Assembly (NCBI GenBank): GCA_048938025.1
Contig: JBHLMP010000006.1
Location: 23,316 to 87,315, forward strand
DNA length: 64,000 nt
Origin: Promethearchaeota archaeon
GTDB lineage: Archaea > Asgardarchaeota > Lokiarchaeia > Sigyniarchaeales > SOKP01
Direction of reading: 5' to 3'
Shown here: positions 28,225-37,909 of the stretch, piece by piece
Layout: each line of letters opens with the position of its first letter
How positions within the stretch are numbered: position 1 is the first letter of the stretch
Notes under the pieces: generated by a model
The model's input: only the letters and a program-made list of their open reading frames with translations
What the model was told of the DNA's origin: nothing
The model's database searches: none
Position numbers and translations under genes: made by a program

Positions 28225-29544
28225 ATGGATGGCTTACATATGTTCACTAAAATTAAACGTATGTATAATGAATACCCCAATACATTTAAAGTGCTGACTC
28301 TTGCTAGTTTTATTGACCGCTTAGGAGGTTTTTTATTATTCCCTTTTTTTTCCTTGTATATAACCGATCATTTTGGAGTGGGGATGACCGAAGTAGGAAT
28401 TCTATTTGCAATCTTAGCGGGAGGAAGTATAATCGGTAGTGCTATCGGAGGAGCATTAGCTGATAAATATGGTCGCCGTCTATTGCTCTTATTTGGTTTG
28501 GTTATAAGCGGGACAGGAAGTATATTGATGGGACTAGCCGATGAACTGTATATTTTTTACATACTCGCTGCATTTTTCGGCGTGATAGGTGATCTTGGAA
28601 ATCCTGCACGACAAGCAATGGTAGTGGATTTACTTCCAACAGAGAAACAAGCAGAAGGATTTGGTATTTTACGAGTGGCAGTTAATCTTTCAGCAGTGAT
28701 CGGTCCTAGTCTTGGTGGATTTTTAGCAACCCAATCCTATATGATCTTATTTATTGGAGATGCTGTGGGCAGCATAATTACCGCATTTATTGTTTATAGT
28801 GTCATTCCTGAGACGAAACCTCAAAAACTTGATGACGCACCAGAAGAGACAGTAGCGAAAACTTTCATAGGATATAAAGACGTGTTAAAGGATTGGGTAT
28901 TTGTGTTATTTCTCAGTGTTTCTGCAATAACAGTATTAGTATATATGCAAATGAATAGCACCCTTTCAGTATTTTTACGGGACGTTCATGGATTCCCAGC
29001 ACAGGGATTTGGTTTGTTATTAAGTATGAATGCGATTATGGTGGTATTGTTTCAATTCTGGATAACAAGAAAGATTTCAAAGTATGCTCCCATGAAGATG
29101 ATATCTCTTGGAACGCTGTTATATATGATTGGATTTGGTATGTATGGTTTTGCCTCCACAGTATACATGTTTTTTATTGCCATGGCAATTCTCACGGTGG
29201 GAGAGATGATCGCAATGCCAATTGGTCAAACTGCAGCTGCATCTTTTGCATCTGAAGACAAAAGAGGACGGTATATGGCAGTGTACGGTTTCCATTGGGC
29301 GATTCCAACTTTATTTGGGGTTTATACCGCTGGATTAGTCATGGATAATATTAGTCCATACTGGGTGTGGTATTTGGCGGGGATTCTGTCTCTATTTTCA
29401 GCGGTAGGTTTTTGGCTACTCCATGGTCCTACAAAAAAGCGCTTTTCAGAAGTAATGGAAGTTTCAAAAGTAGTGGAAACTCCAATAATAATGGAAGCTC
29501 CAAGAGTAATAGAACCCATAAAAGAAGATTTACATAAACCATGA
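28225..29544 (+). CDS. MFS transporter
   Basis: 12 hydrophobic segments. MFS loop motif GGALADKYGRR between TM2 and TM3. Confidence 0.85.
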   Translation: MDGLHMFTKIKRMYNEYPNTFKVLTLASFIDRLGGFLLFPFFSLYITDHFGVGMTEVGILFAILAGGSIIGSAIGGALADKYGRRLLLLFGLVISGTGSILMGLADELYIFYILAAFFGVIGDLGNPARQAMVVDLLPTEKQAEGFGILRVAVNLSAVIGPSLGGFLATQSYMILFIGDAVGSIITAFIVYSVIPETKPQKLDDAPEETVAKTFIGYKDVLKDWVFVLFLSVSAITVLVYMQMNSTLSVFLRDVHGFPAQGFGLLLSMNAIMVVLFQFWITRKISKYAPMKMISLGTLLYMIGFGMYGFASTVYMFFIAMAILTVGEMIAMPIGQTAAASFASEDKRGRYMAVYGFHWAIPTLFGVYTAGLVMDNISPYWVWYLAGILSLFSAVGFWLLHGPTKKRFSEVMEVSKVVETPIIMEAPRVIEPIKEDLHKP

Positions 29545-29698
29545 TATTATTAGCGAATATATATTTCTTTATCATTTTAATATAGTTTTATTGCAAATAT
29601 TCCAAAATTTATGATGATTAAATTTAAATTATGGAGATATTAGTAAAAGATTTTTACTTATAAAAGATAACTAGTTATAATACTGAAGATTGGATTAA

Positions 29699-31432
29699 AT
29701 GAATAGTATGTTAAGCTTTATTGATAACAATTTGGTACAAGATATCTTTAATTCTAATGAATTTAAAGGATGGCTTCTTTCAAAAAGATGGTTTGGAGAT
29801 AAATCTGCATTATCTAATCTTGAGTTCAAGATTAACCTAAATTATTTTGAAATTCTTTCTGAAAGGATACTACTAACTGTAATAGATATTCAAAAACCGG
29901 AATATAAAAAATCTTATTTCTTGCCTTTAATTTATTACGAAAAGATTCAAGAAATTCTTGAGCTAAATGAAATAAGTAATAAAAAAAAAATTCTGGCCCT
30001 TACAGTTAATACCTTTAGTAAGAAAATAGTCTTAAATATTGAAGGAGAACAAAAAATATTCACAGTAAATTTAGTAGAAGGTGAATATTGTCTTTTCTTC
30101 TGGAAAAAAATATTATTTGATAAAGAGATCTCTGAAAGCTTTCCATCTCGTTCTTTAGATTTAACACTTTATACTGAACAGTTTCAAGATGAGGCTAATA
30201 TGAAAAAGGTTCAAAATTTAATTGAAACTAGTTTATATCCTGATCGATATTCACTCTCATTGACACAATTAGGAGGGGGAAATACCACAAATACCTTATT
30301 TTTATTATCAATTTTAAATAACAGAATGCCTGATCAAGAACCAAATACATATGTGTTAAAATCATATAAAGAATATTTGGAAAGTTTAGAACCAGCTACT
30401 TTGTTTATTTTAGTACAAAATGAATTTCCAAATGCACCTAAAATATATGGTACAATTAAATTGAGGGATAAAGAAACAATTGGTATCCTTGAAAACGTCC
30501 CTAATATAGGAAATTTGGGAGATATCTATTGGAGTGAACTTAATAACATGCTTAATAGGGAGTTTAAAGATTTTAACAAAGATTTCTCTCAATTAACCGA
30601 AAAATCTAACATTTCTCAAGTAATAAAGGAAACTTGTTATGAAACATTAAAAGTCTCTGATGAAATTGGATACTATATTAAAAGATTACATGAGTCTTTA
30701 ATTTACCCAGAAAGAGAAGAATATAACTTAGAATCTGTAGAAAGTAATAAGTATCTTGCATCTTATACAGAGAAACTTAATTCAATGATTACAGAATTAC
30801 AAAATACAATGAACCTTCAAACTGATAATTCATTTTTTAATTTACCTAAAATTAATTCAATACTAATTGATATTAAAGACATTATAGAGACTCTTAGAAT
30901 TGATTTTAAAGAAATAAAAATTCAAATTCAACCTGTGCATCAAGATTTGCATATGGAACAAATTTTGTATAATAAAATAAATGATCAATATCAGTACTAC
31001 TTTATAGATTTTGAAGGAGATCCACAATTAACTTTCACAGAAAAAAAAGGAAAATTTCCAATTGAAAAAGATTTAGCGTCCTTTTTAAGGGCATTAAGCT
31101 ATATAAAATTCAATACATTTCTTAAATTCATAGAACAAAAAGTGATTAGGAAGGGTAAATATGAAGTTCCTGAAGAAATTCTTTATAACATAATTTTTAG
31201 AAGAGCTGCTAGACCCATAAATAAAACACTTGATGTTGTTCTTAAGGTTTTAAACATCTGGGAATCAAAATTAATTGGAAAAATTTTAAAAAATTTAAAT
31301 GTACATTATACGCTAATTACCTACTTTTACATCGAAAGAGCATTACATGAATTAAACTATGAAATGCTATTTAGACCAAGTAAAATAATTGTGCCAATTT
31401 TAGGACTAAAAGAAATAATTGATAAAAGTTAA
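29699..31432 (+). CDS. Maltokinase (Mak/Pep2)-like aminoglycoside-phosphotransferase-fold kinase
   Basis: N-terminal cap WLLSKRWFGDK and catalytic-loop-like VHQDLHMEQIL, then DFEGDP. Confidence 0.5.
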   Translation: MNSMLSFIDNNLVQDIFNSNEFKGWLLSKRWFGDKSALSNLEFKINLNYFEILSERILLTVIDIQKPEYKKSYFLPLIYYEKIQEILELNEISNKKKILALTVNTFSKKIVLNIEGEQKIFTVNLVEGEYCLFFWKKILFDKEISESFPSRSLDLTLYTEQFQDEANMKKVQNLIETSLYPDRYSLSLTQLGGGNTTNTLFLLSILNNRMPDQEPNTYVLKSYKEYLESLEPATLFILVQNEFPNAPKIYGTIKLRDKETIGILENVPNIGNLGDIYWSELNNMLNREFKDFNKDFSQLTEKSNISQVIKETCYETLKVSDEIGYYIKRLHESLIYPEREEYNLESVESNKYLASYTEKLNSMITELQNTMNLQTDNSFFNLPKINSILIDIKDIIETLRIDFKEIKIQIQPVHQDLHMEQILYNKINDQYQYYFIDFEGDPQLTFTEKKGKFPIEKDLASFLRALSYIKFNTFLKFIEQKVIRKGKYEVPEEILYNIIFRRAARPINKTLDVVLKVLNIWESKLIGKILKNLNVHYTLITYFYIERALHELNYEMLFRPSKIIVPILGLKEIIDKS

Positions 31433-31435
31433 AAT

Positions 31436-31990
31436 CTATTCTTCTTCTATTTCTGGCATTTTAGCGAATTCATATGAATAGTGAGATGATGAACGATCTA
31501 CAGGACCAATCTCTTTTTTGTATTGTGTCCTTAAACTTTTACTAGATTTCATTTCTTCATCAGTATAATCATAAATATCTTTAGGATCATAGTTGATTAA
31601 TTTATAGATGAAAACTTCAACGAATTTTTTTGGTCCCAGTTTCTTTGAAATTAAAATATAATTCTCCTTATCAATGAATTTAGGAAAAAGTCCTAAATGT
31701 TCACATAAATCTAATTTATATTCAATATTATCTATTTGGCCTTCTAATCTTGCTATATCGTTAATAAAGCGAGCTAATTTATTCCCTAATTCCATCTGTT
31801 TTGCTCCATCTAATGGTTCAAGTAGTTTTCTAAAAGTACTCTTTTTTAAAATAATAAAATCTCGATTATTCAACGATTTAATAGCATTATTTTGTATCAC
31901 AAAATATTTTGACATGTCAAGATATTTACGAATGAAATCTGCTTTTGATAGACCTAGCTTAGAGCGCATTTTTTCAATGTTATTGTCCAA
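31436..31990 (-). CDS. Hypothetical protein
   Basis: 184-aa ORF with a coherent, non-low-complexity sequence. Convergent with 29699-31432. No motif recognised. Confidence 0.45.
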   Translation of the reverse strand: MDNNIEKMRSKLGLSKADFIRKYLDMSKYFVIQNNAIKSLNNRDFIILKKSTFRKLLEPLDGAKQMELGNKLARFINDIARLEGQIDNIEYKLDLCEHLGLFPKFIDKENYILISKKLGPKKFVEVFIYKLINYDPKDIYDYTDEEMKSSKSLRTQYKKEIGPVDRSSSHYSYEFAKMPEIEEE

Positions 31991-32824
31991 ATCTTCTTCA
32001 ATCCTTACCGTGATAACAGTAATCTTTTATTTCCTCCAATATTTGTTCATGTAATATTTGTATGCATAATATATCATTAGTATTTAAAGTAATAATAGTA
32101 TATAAATGATTGTTTTTTACAAAAATTACAAAAAATAATCTAAAATAGTATAGTCAGATAAAAGCCGTCTGATAATATTCTTATTCAAATCATTTCATCT
32201 GACGTTCCATATTGTCTATATTAAATATTAATTTGGTTTTATCCCCTTTTCGAAAGAATATTTGAGAAAAACAATTGAAATATTATCAAGTTATAAATTT
32301 TTTAGAGTTTACCTTAAATGTAACTAATATTTTTCTCTTAAATGGGATAGGCTTAATTTTTTTATATTCACATATAACGATATGTAAAAAAAAAATTCCA
32401 AAAAATCCCTTTAGGAACACAAAAATGTTGAAAACTCAATATGGTGGGATAATTATGGTATTTTTAATAAATTTTTATGAACTTTTTATTATTTTTTGAA
32501 TTGAACATAAATGGTAATTTAGTTGAAATTAATAACTAATTTTATTGAAACTTACAAAATTTATGTGATTATAAGTAAGAAGATTCACTTTTAAAGCAGA
32601 GTAAGTTTTTGATTGTTTTATTTTTGTTAAATGTTTATTTTATTTAAATAACTAATTGATAGACTTAAACAAATTTTTACATTTTTTGATATCAATTGTA
32701 ATTATTGTAATCATACTATATCATTAGTCTACAAATAATACACGAGGTAAATATAAATACCCTCTAAAATATTGGTTTCATGTAAATAACCATAAAAGAA
32801 TTATTAAGGGTTGATTAACAAGTA

Positions 32825-33148
32825 ATGGAAATTACCGAAACAGGTATTTTGGAAGTAAATCTAAAAAATAAAACGGATTCACTAACAATCGAATCTGATG
32901 AATTAATTGAAAAAATAGTTAAAGCCTTATCTTCTCGTACAAGACGCCAAATTTTACATCATATTCAAATTGAACCAATGGATGTTTCAAATATAGCTTC
33001 TAATTTAGAAATGACAGAAGCAAATATTTCAGCCCAGATAAAAAAACTTGAGGAGGCTGGGTTAATTTCATGTGATTATGCGTCTGGCGAGCATGGGGTT
33101 AGAAAGATTAGTAAGGTAAAATATGACAAGGTTTTAATTAAATTTTAA
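32825..33148 (+). CDS. ArsR-family winged-HTH transcriptional regulator
   Basis: LSSRTRRQILHHI...MDVSNIASNLEMTEANISAQIKKLEEAGLI is a typical ArsR recognition region. Confidence 0.75.
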   Translation: MEITETGILEVNLKNKTDSLTIESDELIEKIVKALSSRTRRQILHHIQIEPMDVSNIASNLEMTEANISAQIKKLEEAGLISCDYASGEHGVRKISKVKYDKVLIKF

Positions 33149-33302
33149 TTCATCAGAATTATTATTTATCTCTTTTTCTAAAGCATTGTGTAATTTCAAC
33201 TGAAATCAATAAGTTTCATAATCAAATTGTGTTTTAATTACTTAATTTAAATTATTTTATTAATTATATTTATTTACGTCTTATACTAAAGCAACAATTC
33301 AA

Positions 33303-34247
33303 ATGAAAGAAAGAGTTTCTTTTAAAATTCCCGGTCGAATATGTATCCTTGGCGATAAAGTTGATTTATTAGGTAATCCAGTCATAGCCATGGCAATTAA
33401 TTTAATGATGAAGATAAATTTTGTAGCAGAGAAAAATAATAGAGTAACCTTTTATAGCCATAATACCAAAGAAAAGACTGAATTTAGTTTAGGTGAATCT
33501 CCTCCTAAAAATATTGATCTAGGTTATTGGAGTGTTTTATATGAGCGCTTAAAGGAGAAGATCACTAGAGGTTTTTGTATAGAAGTGGATTCTGATATTC
33601 CAATTGGATGCGGATTATCGACTTCCGCAGCAGTATCTGTTGGATTTCTGAGAACGCTAAATGAGGCATTTGACTTGAATTTATCAAAACCTGAAATCGC
33701 TGAACTTGCATACTTAGGTGAGAATCATGATTTAGGAATTCAATGTGGGAGAATGGATCAATATAGTATAGCTTATGGAGGTGTGACTTTTATTTATACA
33801 GATGAAAATCCAAGAGTTGATATATTAGATATAAGTGAATTACCCATTGTTGTTGGAGATTCTATGGAAGAAAGAAAATCAATATCTGTATTAAACAGAG
33901 TTAAAAAACAAATAAAAGAAAAAGATAAAGCAACTTTAGATGCATTTAAAGTCATTGAAGAAGGGGTTTATCAGGGGCGAGAAGCTTTACTTAAAAAAGA
34001 TTTCAAAAAGTTAGGCAAACTAATGAATAGACAACAGGAACAAGAGATTATTCTAAAAGCGGAGACTGAAAAAATTCATACTTTATGCGAAGTATCTAAA
34101 AAGGCTGGAGCTTTAGGAGCTAAGCAAATGGGTGCTGGAGGGGGTGGATGTATGTTAGCAATATGTCCTGGGAAACAACAGGAAGTCGCTAAGGCTATTG
34201 AAGATGCTGGTGGAAGATCGTGGATTTTTGATATTTTCAATTATTAA
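33303..34247 (+). CDS. GHMP-family sugar kinase
   Basis: PGRICILGDKVDLLG N-terminal motif. Phosphate-binding motif PIGCGLSTSAAVSVG. C-terminal GAGGGGC. Confidence 0.75.
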   Translation: MKERVSFKIPGRICILGDKVDLLGNPVIAMAINLMMKINFVAEKNNRVTFYSHNTKEKTEFSLGESPPKNIDLGYWSVLYERLKEKITRGFCIEVDSDIPIGCGLSTSAAVSVGFLRTLNEAFDLNLSKPEIAELAYLGENHDLGIQCGRMDQYSIAYGGVTFIYTDENPRVDILDISELPIVVGDSMEERKSISVLNRVKKQIKEKDKATLDAFKVIEEGVYQGREALLKKDFKKLGKLMNRQQEQEIILKAETEKIHTLCEVSKKAGALGAKQMGAGGGGCMLAICPGKQQEVAKAIEDAGGRSWIFDIFNY

Positions 34248-34293
34248 ATTTTAGGAGATCTAAAGTAATAAGATAAAGTGGAGTAAAATCTAA

Positions 34294-35031
34294 TTGAAGG
34301 CTATTATTTTATGTGCTGGATATGGAACTCGTATGAAACCTTACACTGAAACATACCAGAAAACTATGATTCCTATTCATGGCAAACCTTTACTCGAGTA
34401 TCTTATAAAGGGCATTAAGTTAGCTGGTTTTAAAGATTTCATAATAGTAGTAGGATATAATAAAGAACAGATTATTGATTACTTTCAAGAAGGGAAAAAA
34501 TGGGATGTTAATATTGAATATATAGAACAACATGATTTAAATGGAACAGGAGGAGCATTATTATTATGTGAAGATTCAATCACAGATCAGCATTTCTTTC
34601 TAACTTGGGGAGATACTTTAGTAGCTTATGATGTTTATAGAGAAGTCTATGAAGTGTTTAAAAATGAATCTCCGGATTTTATTTTAGTTACTAATTATGT
34701 TCATGATCCTTATAAAGGAGCTGCTGTTTATTGTGAAGGAAATTACTGTATAGATATTGTTGAGAAACCACGAAAAGGAAAATCAACTACAAATTTAAAT
34801 AACGCAGGCATGTTTATTTTATCCAGAGATATATTTGATATATTAAAGATGCAAACTCCATCAAAACGAGGTGAAATAGAAGTACCTGATGCTATACAGC
34901 ATGGAATAAAAGAAAAGCATTGGAAATTACGAGTTGTTAAAATAGAAAAAGATCAATTCTATGGAGATTTTGGGGATGTTAAGAAATACGAGAAACTTGT
35001 GAAGAATACTGATTGGCTTAATCTCTTATAA
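34294..35031 (+). CDS. Sugar-1-phosphate nucleotidyltransferase
   Basis: KAIILCAGYGTRMKP (G-x-G-T-R signature). TTG start. Immediately downstream of the GHMP kinase. Confidence 0.8.
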   Translation: MKAIILCAGYGTRMKPYTETYQKTMIPIHGKPLLEYLIKGIKLAGFKDFIIVVGYNKEQIIDYFQEGKKWDVNIEYIEQHDLNGTGGALLLCEDSITDQHFFLTWGDTLVAYDVYREVYEVFKNESPDFILVTNYVHDPYKGAAVYCEGNYCIDIVEKPRKGKSTTNLNNAGMFILSRDIFDILKMQTPSKRGEIEVPDAIQHGIKEKHWKLRVVKIEKDQFYGDFGDVKKYEKLVKNTDWLNLL

Positions 35032-35040
35032 TAATCATTT

Positions 35041-37197
35041 TCAAATTGTTACTAGAACTAAAATATAATTTACTATTCCACCTATTAATAAAGCAAGACC
35101 TATTTCAAGAGCAGATATTTGTAAGGCATATTTCCAATTAGTTTCTTTTGCGATTAATACTATTGTTGCAAAACAAGGGATATAAAGCATAGTAACTAAA
35201 CTAAATACAACCATTTGGCTGGGTGATAATAATACTAAGAGACTTTTTCCCATAGAATTTGCTAAAACTGCTAGGAGTACTAGGGTTAATTCTTTTCTTA
35301 AAATCCCATAAATCAAAAAAATTCCTGTAATAACTGGTAAACCTAGCCAAAATCTTGTTATTGGTGATAAAATAAAATTTATAGGATCTAACAAGCGAAA
35401 CTTAAATACTATTTCTAAAATAATACCAGCTATAATTATAATAGGCAATGCTTTATAGACAAATTCTTTAGTTCTTATCCATGTTTGTTTTAAAATTACA
35501 GAGTAATTTGGTGCTCTGTATTCATGCATTTCCATAATTAATTCTGTACATTGACCTGGCATCACCTTATTCAGTATTTTTCCAACAATAATTATAACTG
35601 AAAAATTTATTGAAAATAATATTAAAACCCAAATGATGCCTAGATATCGTCCAATCAAGCCCAAAACTACTGTCATAACCGCTGCACACGGGATTAGGGA
35701 GGTCAAAGCAATTGAAATCTTTTTCTCTCTTTCAGTTTCCATAATCCTACAACCAGCACAAGCAGGAACATTACATCCGAATCCTAAGATCATAGGAATG
35801 ATAGTTTTACCATGAACACCTATAAAATGCATAAATCTATCCAGGAGAAATGCTGCTCTAGGCAAATAACCGGAATCCTGTAGAATCTCAATTATCAAGA
35901 AGAATGGAATAACATATACCAAAACACCACCAATAGCTCCAAAAAATCCACCAATACCACCATCCCAAAATATTAAAACCAATAGATTTTGCTCACCATA
36001 TGTCTGATAAATTTTATCACTCCACATAGTAAAAACCTCCTCAATCAATCCCCCGAAAAAGTTACCGATAAGAAAAGTAAATAGAAATATACCAATAAGT
36101 ACTAATGCTAAAATTACATACCCCCAGAAATAATGAGTTGTTATATAATCAAATTTTTCAGTTAAAGAAATCTTCATTTTTTCTGAAGGCTTTACTATCA
36201 TTGCTTTTTCAATAACTGTATGTATATTATTGTAGATTTCAGCCGAAATTATTGTGTTGATATCTTCACCATGATATTCCTCTAGTTCTTTACGATATTT
36301 ATCAACTAATTCAAGAATACTGGATGTTTTTTCATTACTTTTGAATAATTTTTCTATTTCTTCATCGTTCTCTAAAATTTTAATCGCTAGAAATCGTGGA
36401 GGAAAATTATATTTTGAAAAGTATTCTTTATGAGTATCTATTTTCTTAATTAGGCTCTTAATTTTTATTTCAACTTCTTTTCCATATGAAAGTATAGAAT
36501 TTAAATCTGGAAATTGAAATGTTTTTTTAGCTGAAATATTTTGTATACTTTCTTTTAGAGAATACCTTTTTAAATGTTCTTCGTGAGTCAGATGTTCATG
36601 GATTTCTTTTCCCCCTTGAATATAATGAAAGTGAGGATGATGATACACAACTAATTCTATAGCTTCTTCAAGTAATTGATGTACACCTTTACCTTGAACT
36701 GCAATTATTGGAATAACAGGTAATTTAAAGATTCTTTCTAACTCTTCAAAATTAAGCTCAATATATCTTTTTCGTAAGAGATCCATTTGATTAATGGCTA
36801 ATATCATTGGTATTTTTAATTCTAATAATTGGAAGGTAAAGAATAAGTTACGTTCAAGATTTGTAGCATCTATTACATTAATGATAATGTCCACTTCATC
36901 TGATACAAGATACTCTCTACTTACAATTTCTTCTAATGAATAAGTAGAAAGAGAATAAATTCCTGGTAAATCTACTATATTAAAATGATAACCTAAAAAG
37001 CTTAAGTATCCTTCCATCTTCTCTACGGTTTTTCCTGGCCAATTTCCAATAGTTTGAGAGAGTCCCGTTAATTGATTAAATATTACTGACTTTCCAACGT
37101 TCGCGTTACCAGCTAAAGCTATATTAATTGTATCCTTATACTTTTCTTTCTTTAACCCTAGTTTTTCTTCAGATTTATAACTAATTGCTTTTCTCAC
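35041..37197 (-). CDS. feoB: Ferrous iron transporter FeoB
   Basis: N-terminal G domain GNANVGKSVIFNQLTG and DLPGIYSL, followed by a large polytopic permease domain. Confidence 0.9.
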   Translation of the reverse strand: MRKAISYKSEEKLGLKKEKYKDTINIALAGNANVGKSVIFNQLTGLSQTIGNWPGKTVEKMEGYLSFLGYHFNIVDLPGIYSLSTYSLEEIVSREYLVSDEVDIIINVIDATNLERNLFFTFQLLELKIPMILAINQMDLLRKRYIELNFEELERIFKLPVIPIIAVQGKGVHQLLEEAIELVVYHHPHFHYIQGGKEIHEHLTHEEHLKRYSLKESIQNISAKKTFQFPDLNSILSYGKEVEIKIKSLIKKIDTHKEYFSKYNFPPRFLAIKILENDEEIEKLFKSNEKTSSILELVDKYRKELEEYHGEDINTIISAEIYNNIHTVIEKAMIVKPSEKMKISLTEKFDYITTHYFWGYVILALVLIGIFLFTFLIGNFFGGLIEEVFTMWSDKIYQTYGEQNLLVLIFWDGGIGGFFGAIGGVLVYVIPFFLIIEILQDSGYLPRAAFLLDRFMHFIGVHGKTIIPMILGFGCNVPACAGCRIMETEREKKISIALTSLIPCAAVMTVVLGLIGRYLGIIWVLILFSINFSVIIIVGKILNKVMPGQCTELIMEMHEYRAPNYSVILKQTWIRTKEFVYKALPIIIIAGIILEIVFKFRLLDPINFILSPITRFWLGLPVITGIFLIYGILRKELTLVLLAVLANSMGKSLLVLLSPSQMVVFSLVTMLYIPCFATIVLIAKETNWKYALQISALEIGLALLIGGIVNYILVLVTI

Positions 37198-37277
37198 GAT
37201 TTAATTTTTTGAAAAATATAATAAAATAACCTTTTATTTTGAAAATTTAAGGCGTATGCTCTATATTATTAAAGAGT

Positions 37278-37568
37278 TTAGGTCCTTTCTTTTTTTACCA
37301 TAATTTTAGATGCTAAACCTCTACCAATAACTAAACAAGACCCTTTAACAATTATTTCTATAGGTCCTCTAAAAAGGGCTGATCTTTTTTTTATCATTTT
37401 TACTCCCGGGATAATTCCTAAATTAGCAAGTCGCTTCTTTGCCATATAACCGGCATGTACTCTTAATACTATTACTTCTTCACCATTTTGACAATTAGAT
37501 AATCTATCAATTTGCCGGTATCTATGATGCCTTCTAGTAGAATAATTATTATGGATCAATTTCATCAT
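37278..37568 (-). CDS. feoA: FeoA-family protein
   Basis: SH3-like FeoA pattern (EVIVLRV...RLANLGIIPGVKMIK...GPIEIIVKGSCLVIGRGLASKIMV). Directly upstream of feoB. Confidence 0.8.
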   Translation of the reverse strand: MMKLIHNNYSTRRHHRYRQIDRLSNCQNGEEVIVLRVHAGYMAKKRLANLGIIPGVKMIKKRSALFRGPIEIIVKGSCLVIGRGLASKIMVKKERT

Positions 37569-37909
37569 TAATATGCTTTAAATCCCTAAATATAATATTG
37601 AAAATGAATATTTAAATTTTAGGTTTAACTAAAAGCATTACTAGTATCTTGTAAAGAGAGTTATTTATGATTGTATAGGATAAGTAGTTTAACTTTTTAA
37701 TAGAATTTAATTTTGTTTTAACACTGGAAATAATAAAATTATAATGAATTTAAAGATAAATAACTATACAAATATTAGATTGAAGATCTCGAAATCACTC
37801 CCTTTTACTTAAAAATAAATGAAATCTTATTTTTGTTTATTTCTTATAAGAAGTATAAGCTTGAAAATTTTAACTTAAAACAGTTAGACCTGAAGCAATA
37901 TGAATTGAA

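Noticed and set aside
28225-29544. The MFS gene has visibly higher GC (~40%) than its neighbours (~25-30%), which suggested horizontal transfer.
   Set aside because: The Gly/Ala/Val/Leu-rich membrane-protein composition raises GC, and conserved genes such as cdhA show the same effect. HGT cannot be claimed without codon-usage statistics or phylogeny.
32275-32499. 74-aa ORF in the 834-bp gap.
   Set aside because: TTG start, Ile/Phe/Asn/Lys low-complexity composition, and no motif. It is most likely spurious.
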